Origin: a virus | Lineage: Duplodnaviria > Heunggongvirae > Uroviricota > Caudoviricetes | Direction: 5' to 3' (one strand) | DNA length: 11,732 bases | Virus record (IMG/VR): IMGVR_UViG_3300043447_000408 | Location: 64,001 to 75,732 of that record | In this document: one piece after another, positions 7,756-11,732 of the stretch | How positions within the stretch are numbered: the stretch's first letter is position 1 | How the letters are laid out: every line of letters begins with the position of its first letter | Notes under the pieces: model-generated | Told to the model about the DNA's origin: nothing | Seen by the model: only the letters and a program-made list of their open reading frames with translations | The model's database searches: none | Translations under genes and position numbers: made by a program

Positions 7756-9176
7756 ATTCCAACGTTAATGTGTGTTATGTTATTTTCTACTATTTTTCCA
7801 TAAAGAACAAAATCTAAATCTGATAACCCATCGTTTTCGAGTAGTTCATCGTTTTTTGAAACTTCGTTATAGAATCTTAATTGGTTCCACCTAGTTGCTT
7901 GGTGTTTCCATTTATTTTGATAGAATCCATTTTCTTCGTGTGGTAACGAAATAAATGTGGATTCTCTTCTATGTGGTACTTTTACTTTTCTTGATTTGTT
8001 TAATTCCAAGTCAACAATCTCACAATTGGTTATCATACCATAGTTTTGTGTACCAGTCAAATCAGCCAATCTATACCCATCAATAAATTTAGAATTATAA
8101 TAAAGTACCATATTATAATTTTTACCGAATTCTTTCATAATTCCTTCATTATGATGATTCGAAATTTTATGGATTTCTTCTTCGGTTAATATGTCATTAA
8201 AGACAACAAATTTGTCGAAGTAACCCTTAAAAAAACTTTGTTTCTCTTCTCTTTTTGGGTTTGCTGCACCTATATAAAAATGTTTTTCTTTTGCATATGG
8301 ATGTAACTTACCAAATGTATCGGGTGAACCAATATATTCACCGTCTTGATAAACATTAATGATTCGTTCTGTTGGGTCAATTGTTACACAAATATTGGTT
8401 TGGTAATTCGGTTTAATGTTTGAGTTAACATATAGTGCTTGTTTGTCTTTATCGAAGAAACAAACATTATATCTTGAGAATGAATTATATGAAATTGAAA
8501 AATCGTAACCAGGTATTGAGAATATTGTATAATCATCGGTTTCTTTTTCGTGATTACACGTTAATTCATCAGGGAAGAATGAAACAAAAATTGTTAGTAC
8601 TTGATTTGTATTAATTAAGTTAGGACACTCAACATATGCATCAATACCATTGAATTTTAATTTCTGACCATCAATACCTACATTCTTAATTACCAAGTCA
8701 TCTAATTCAATTTTATTCTTAATACAACGAAGTCTTAAGTCATCATCCTCATATCCCCAACCCCAATACTTGTTTGAATAACCATTAATTTTCTTGAAGT
8801 CTTTCATTGGGAATAGTGTAACTCCTCCGAAATACTCATCAAAAATATCTCTTGGTTTTTCGTCTTTGTTTTCTTTAAATCCTGTCGCCAAATGGACAGG
8901 AAAATCAGAATATGAATAGTCGACGTGAAGTGGTATCATATCTATATCGTGAAATACCACATAATCACAATCAAGTTCCTCAGCATATTTGAATCCGATG
9001 TTTAAAAGCATACCTCTATTGAACAACTTTGCATCGTCTTGATTAACAATGATTAATTCAAAAGGAATCGAATGTCTATTAAGATATTTCGTTATTCTCT
9101 TTTTGAATAATTCAAGTTGTTCCGGTCTGTTTCTATACGGAACTATAACACCAAGTTTTTTACTTTTTTTCGACAT
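7752..9176 (-). CDS. GT7 (beta-1,4-galactosyltransferase-like) glycosyltransferase with internal LamG domain, paralog A
   Basis: VPYRNR, NQ....FNRGMLLNIGF, HDID, EYFGGV, INGYSNKYWGWGYEDDDL. A LamG domain follows, then the GT7 tail (STFISLPH...NQLRF...NDGLSDL...HINVGI). Start moved from the TTG at 9191 in the ORF track to the ATG at 9176 (MSKKSKKLGV). Confidence 0.9.
   Translation of the reverse strand: MSKKSKKLGVIVPYRNRPEQLELFKKRITKYLNRHSIPFELIIVNQDDAKLFNRGMLLNIGFKYAEELDCDYVVFHDIDMIPLHVDYSYSDFPVHLATGFKENKDEKPRDIFDEYFGGVTLFPMKDFKKINGYSNKYWGWGYEDDDLRLRCIKNKIELDDLVIKNVGIDGQKLKFNGIDAYVECPNLINTNQVLTIFVSFFPDELTCNHEKETDDYTIFSIPGYDFSISYNSFSRYNVCFFDKDKQALYVNSNIKPNYQTNICVTIDPTERIINVYQDGEYIGSPDTFGKLHPYAKEKHFYIGAANPKREEKQSFFKGYFDKFVVFNDILTEEEIHKISNHHNEGIMKEFGKNYNMVLYYNSKFIDGYRLADLTGTQNYGMITNCEIVDLELNKSRKVKVPHRRESTFISLPHEENGFYQNKWKHQATRWNQLRFYNEVSKNDELLENDGLSDLDFVLYGKIVENNITHINVGI
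7992..8699 (-). other. LamG/ConA-like domain inserted in GT7 paralog A (approximate limits)
   Basis: LKFNGIDAYVECP, LTIFVSF, ICVTID...INVYQDG, FYIGAANP...FKGYFDKFVVFNDILTEEEI, MVLYYN...ADLTGTQNYG. Confidence 0.8.
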
Positions 9177-9372
9177 CGTTAGACTTAACAAACTTATTAT
9201 GGAATTCAGTTAAGTAATATTGAATTCTATTGCTCCATTCTTCTTTATCCACTTCTTCAAACCAAATGGTTAATGCGTCAAGTGAGTTTGCAATTTTTTC
9301 AAGTGCTTTAACTTTCTTTTTTTCAAGGTCCAACATTTCTTGTTGGTTGTCTTTTTTTGTTGTTTCGCTCAT
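9160..9372 (-). CDS. 70-aa hypothetical helical / coiled-coil microprotein
   Basis: ATGA overlap with the upstream GT stop and a 17-nt overlap with the GT7-A start fill the gap exactly. Amphipathic heptad-like LEKKKVKALEKIANSLDAL. Confidence 0.7.
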   Translation of the reverse strand: MSETTKKDNQQEMLDLEKKKVKALEKIANSLDALTIWFEEVDKEEWSNRIQYYLTEFHNKFVKSNDVEKK

Positions 9373-10226
9373 ATTGATATTATTTGTTTTATTAATTTAT
9401 TCCAATTACGGTATCTTTGATATTCAGGTTGGGTGATTCCTAATTCAAAATAAAAATCCTCTTTAGTTACGTTTATTTTAAATTTAGTTTTTTTCAATTC
9501 ATTGTACATTAATTCATACTCGGTTGAATATGAATAATCTTGTTTTAAATCTGCAACACTTTTAATTCTGTTTATCGATGATGAGTCCCATTTAAAATGA
9601 TGAACCTGAACTGAGTGTGTTTCTATTGGTGCAATTAACGGATGGTTCCATCCCTGCCATCTCCAAGTTGTTTGTCCGTTTATTTTAGCGTAGTGTTGAC
9701 CACTTGTGATTTCAACATAACCTTTCACAACACATATTTTATTAGGACAAGCATTACTCATTGGATATCTAAAAAATCCCGCATTCGGATATTGTTCCCA
9801 AATACTTTCGTCCGATTTTAATTCAACAAAATCACCACCTCTTCCTATTCTGTCAATAAAACCACCTCTAACAATATCCCAATTATTCTTATTACAATCA
9901 GATATTAATAAATTCAAACTATCTTCAGGATATAAATGAAATTCATCAATATCGGCAATCACCCACCAATCGTTTGGGGTTTTTGATTTGACAAAATTGT
10001 AAAGTTGTGTAACTCTTTCCCAATCAAATATTCTATCATATTGTGTTTTAACAATTTTAACATTGTCATAACCTTCAATAATGTCTTGTACTTCTTCGTG
10101 TAATTTTGGTCTTTCGTCTGTATTGTAAACGATGTAGTTTATCTCATCAACATACTTAGAATAATGTTTGATGTGATGCTCAATGAGATTTGTCCCGTGA
10201 CCTATAACTGTTAGTAACCTAATCAT
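9369..10226 (-). CDS. GT-A glycosyltransferase, GT2-like (Glyco_tranf_2_4 type)
   Basis: LIEHHIKHY near the N-terminus, WWVIADIDEF (DxDE), GGFIDR, KICVVK..., GQH, and VHHFKW. Confidence 0.75.
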   Translation of the reverse strand: MIRLLTVIGHGTNLIEHHIKHYSKYVDEINYIVYNTDERPKLHEEVQDIIEGYDNVKIVKTQYDRIFDWERVTQLYNFVKSKTPNDWWVIADIDEFHLYPEDSLNLLISDCNKNNWDIVRGGFIDRIGRGGDFVELKSDESIWEQYPNAGFFRYPMSNACPNKICVVKGYVEITSGQHYAKINGQTTWRWQGWNHPLIAPIETHSVQVHHFKWDSSSINRIKSVADLKQDYSYSTEYELMYNELKKTKFKINVTKEDFYFELGITQPEYQRYRNWNKLIKQIISI

Positions 10227-10951
10227 TTTTTTCGATTTATCAACGTTATCCCGCTTGAGGATGGTTTTGTTGATAATATACGAAAATTAAAAAGATTAAT
10301 CAAGTTCCACTCGGGATTTTCTTGTAGTTCTTTAATGAATTTTGCTGGACCATCGAATCGATAGTGGTCTTTTTTAGAATCCTCAGAAACGATTAAAGTT
10401 TCTTCGTAGTTACTATCTGTGTCGTGTATAAAGATTATACCATTATCAGATAATATTTGTGAATAAAGTTCAAAGTCTTGTTTAACGCCATCATATGAAT
10501 GGTCACCATCAATGAAGAGGACATCTATTTTAATATCCTGTCTAATAAAAAAATCATAATACGCGTCGACAGAAGTCGATTTAATAAACCTCGGATAAAA
10601 ATTCTTACGATAGAATGACTCTTCATTATCCAAATCATTAGGCCCACCGACACCGTTACAAGCGTCAACAACGTAAGTAACACCAATGTCACCCCAATTA
10701 TAGTCTCCATTTCCTTCAAATATATTTTGTTTATGTAAATCAATTCTAGCTTGTGTCATAATACGTGGAATGAATCCACCACCTGAACCAATACAAACAC
10801 AATTCTTGGCTCTCATATGTTGAATGATTGAATAAACAAGAATTCCATCACCTATGTGCAAATCAGTTGCCCCGTGTGTCCATCGATATAGTACAGGGGT
10901 ATCATCATTGTTTGTGATGAATTTTTTAATATAGTCGTTGTTACTTATCAT
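10223..10951 (-). CDS. Class I SAM-dependent methyltransferase, Methyltransf_24-like (probable O-methyltransferase)
   Basis: VCIGSGGG (motif I), YVVDA, IDVLFIDGDHSYDGVKQDFELY...L..NGIIFIHDT. Start moved from the TTG at 10960 to the ATG at 10951, which forms an ATGA overlap with the upstream stop. Confidence 0.85.
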   Translation of the reverse strand: MISNNDYIKKFITNNDDTPVLYRWTHGATDLHIGDGILVYSIIQHMRAKNCVCIGSGGGFIPRIMTQARIDLHKQNIFEGNGDYNWGDIGVTYVVDACNGVGGPNDLDNEESFYRKNFYPRFIKSTSVDAYYDFFIRQDIKIDVLFIDGDHSYDGVKQDFELYSQILSDNGIIFIHDTDSNYEETLIVSEDSKKDHYRFDGPAKFIKELQENPEWNLINLFNFRILSTKPSSSGITLINRKK

Positions 10952-11691
10952 TTCATCCAATCAGGCCAAAGTGGTTTTGGTGTGTATCTTTTACTGACAC
11001 TTATCATTTTATCTTTTAACATTTCATATAATGTTAAATCTTGTTGTATTTTAGTTTCAGATAGTTTTGCACTAATTCTAATAGATATTCCTTCACCGGC
11101 ACCATTAACTTCTTTATTTAAACCAACATCACAAAATTCTTTTGCTATTTGTAATTTTTCATAGTAATGATAGAATCTTTCTTTATTAAATCCATTTTTA
11201 TTTATGACCAAAAAATATTCCCACATTGTTTCATATTCAGTAAAATTAGGGCATAATTTATTGGCATAACCATAGTACTTGTTCCATTCATCTCTATCAA
11301 TACTAATTAATTCTTTAATAAATCTTTTCTTTGATTTATGATTTAGTAATGTATCAATATAACTTATTCCTTCACTAAATTCATACGTTTTTAATTCTTT
11401 CAAAAATGAAAAGTCTGTAACGTGTGTATCAGCATCGAGTAGTATTGAAATGTTGTGTTTGTCTAAGATATATTTTGGTAAAATCATCTTATCCGCATAC
11501 GATTTAAATGTTCTATCGTATTGGATTATATGTAAAAATGATGATGAATATTTTGTTGTAAATCTTTCGGGGGTATCTGTTAATATGTAACAATGATACC
11601 CCTCGTTAAGTATATTTCGTATTTTATCAAATGTACCATTAAAATAGTACTCTTCACCAAAACAAAAAATTCCAAAACCTATGTTATTCAT
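10948..11691 (-). CDS. Putative GT-A fold glycosyltransferase (GT6/GT8-like N-terminus)
   Basis: IGFGIFCFGEEY...GYHCYILTDTP resembles the GT6 N-terminal strands (human ABO IGLTVFAIKKY...GHRVHYYVFTDQP), and a DxD motif LLDADT sits at the expected position. The ORF is certain; the family is tentative. Confidence 0.45.
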   Translation of the reverse strand: MNNIGFGIFCFGEEYYFNGTFDKIRNILNEGYHCYILTDTPERFTTKYSSSFLHIIQYDRTFKSYADKMILPKYILDKHNISILLDADTHVTDFSFLKELKTYEFSEGISYIDTLLNHKSKKRFIKELISIDRDEWNKYYGYANKLCPNFTEYETMWEYFLVINKNGFNKERFYHYYEKLQIAKEFCDVGLNKEVNGAGEGISIRISAKLSETKIQQDLTLYEMLKDKMISVSKRYTPKPLWPDWMK

Positions 11692-11732
11692 AGGTAAAAT
11701 TTAAATAAAAATCTTAAGATTGTGGAGTTTAA

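Noticed and set aside
3543-10743. Alternate-frame minus-strand ORFs (3543-3749, 5707-5901, 7287-7586, 10525-10743)
   Set aside because: Fully nested in well-supported genes, with no slippery site or domain signal to suggest frameshift products.
1579-11164. Short plus-strand ORFs in the track (1579-1791, 2259-2471, 3041-3289, 4022-4285, 4475-4681, 5496-5756, 5904-6092, 7031-7303, 9230-9436, 10982-11164)
   Set aside because: They are antisense shadows of long motif-bearing genes, Ser/Leu/Ile/Phe-rich as expected for reverse-complement reading, and show no motifs.
169-11691. Stop-codon reassignment (TAG unused as a stop)
   Set aside because: All genes are intact under the standard code with no in-frame TAG breaks over about 3,800 codons. 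TAG rarity is normal in AT-rich genomes.
169-11691. DNA base-hypermodification system (GT + oxygenase + radical SAM)
   Set aside because: No thymidylate synthase/hydroxymethylase, TET/JBP-type motif, nucleotide kinase or polymerase is present. LamG inserts and restriction-site avoidance fit a non-DNA target better. Not fully excluded.
11711-11720. Perfect 10-bp palindrome ATCTTAAGAT upstream of the first gene
   Set aside because: A single AT-rich palindrome at the window edge with no second copy; insufficient to call an operator.
1-11732. CRISPR array, tRNA/rRNA, IS or integrase
   Set aside because: No regularly spaced repeats, cloverleaf-compatible intergenic space, transposase or recombinase motifs were seen. 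Intergenic space totals only about 150 nt.

Overview
AT-rich (roughly 30% GC by eye), very compact window holding a minus-strand cluster of 12 genes (11691->169). It converges on the 3' end of a plus-strand gene at a bidirectional intrinsic terminator (138-170). In transcription order: putative GT-A glycosyltransferase, Methyltransf_24-type methyltransferase, GT2-like glycosyltransferase, 70-aa microprotein, two tandem GT7 (beta-1,4-galactosyltransferase-like) proteins each split by an inserted LamG/ConA-like domain, an N-terminal-twitch radical SAM enzyme, a stand-alone LamG protein, a second twitch radical SAM paralog, a GT10-like/GT-B protein, a DUF6165-like protein, and a PhyH-family Fe/2OG oxygenase with an atypical H-Q-N metal motif. 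It reads as a glycan assembly-and-tailoring system in which a LamG module recurs three times. A manual scan found no GATC and no CATG sites, and Shine-Dalgarno motifs are absent at the free-standing starts. Both suggest a large phage of a Bacteroidota-like host, but this is inference because no viral hallmark gene lies in the window. All family calls are from motif recognition, not database searches.
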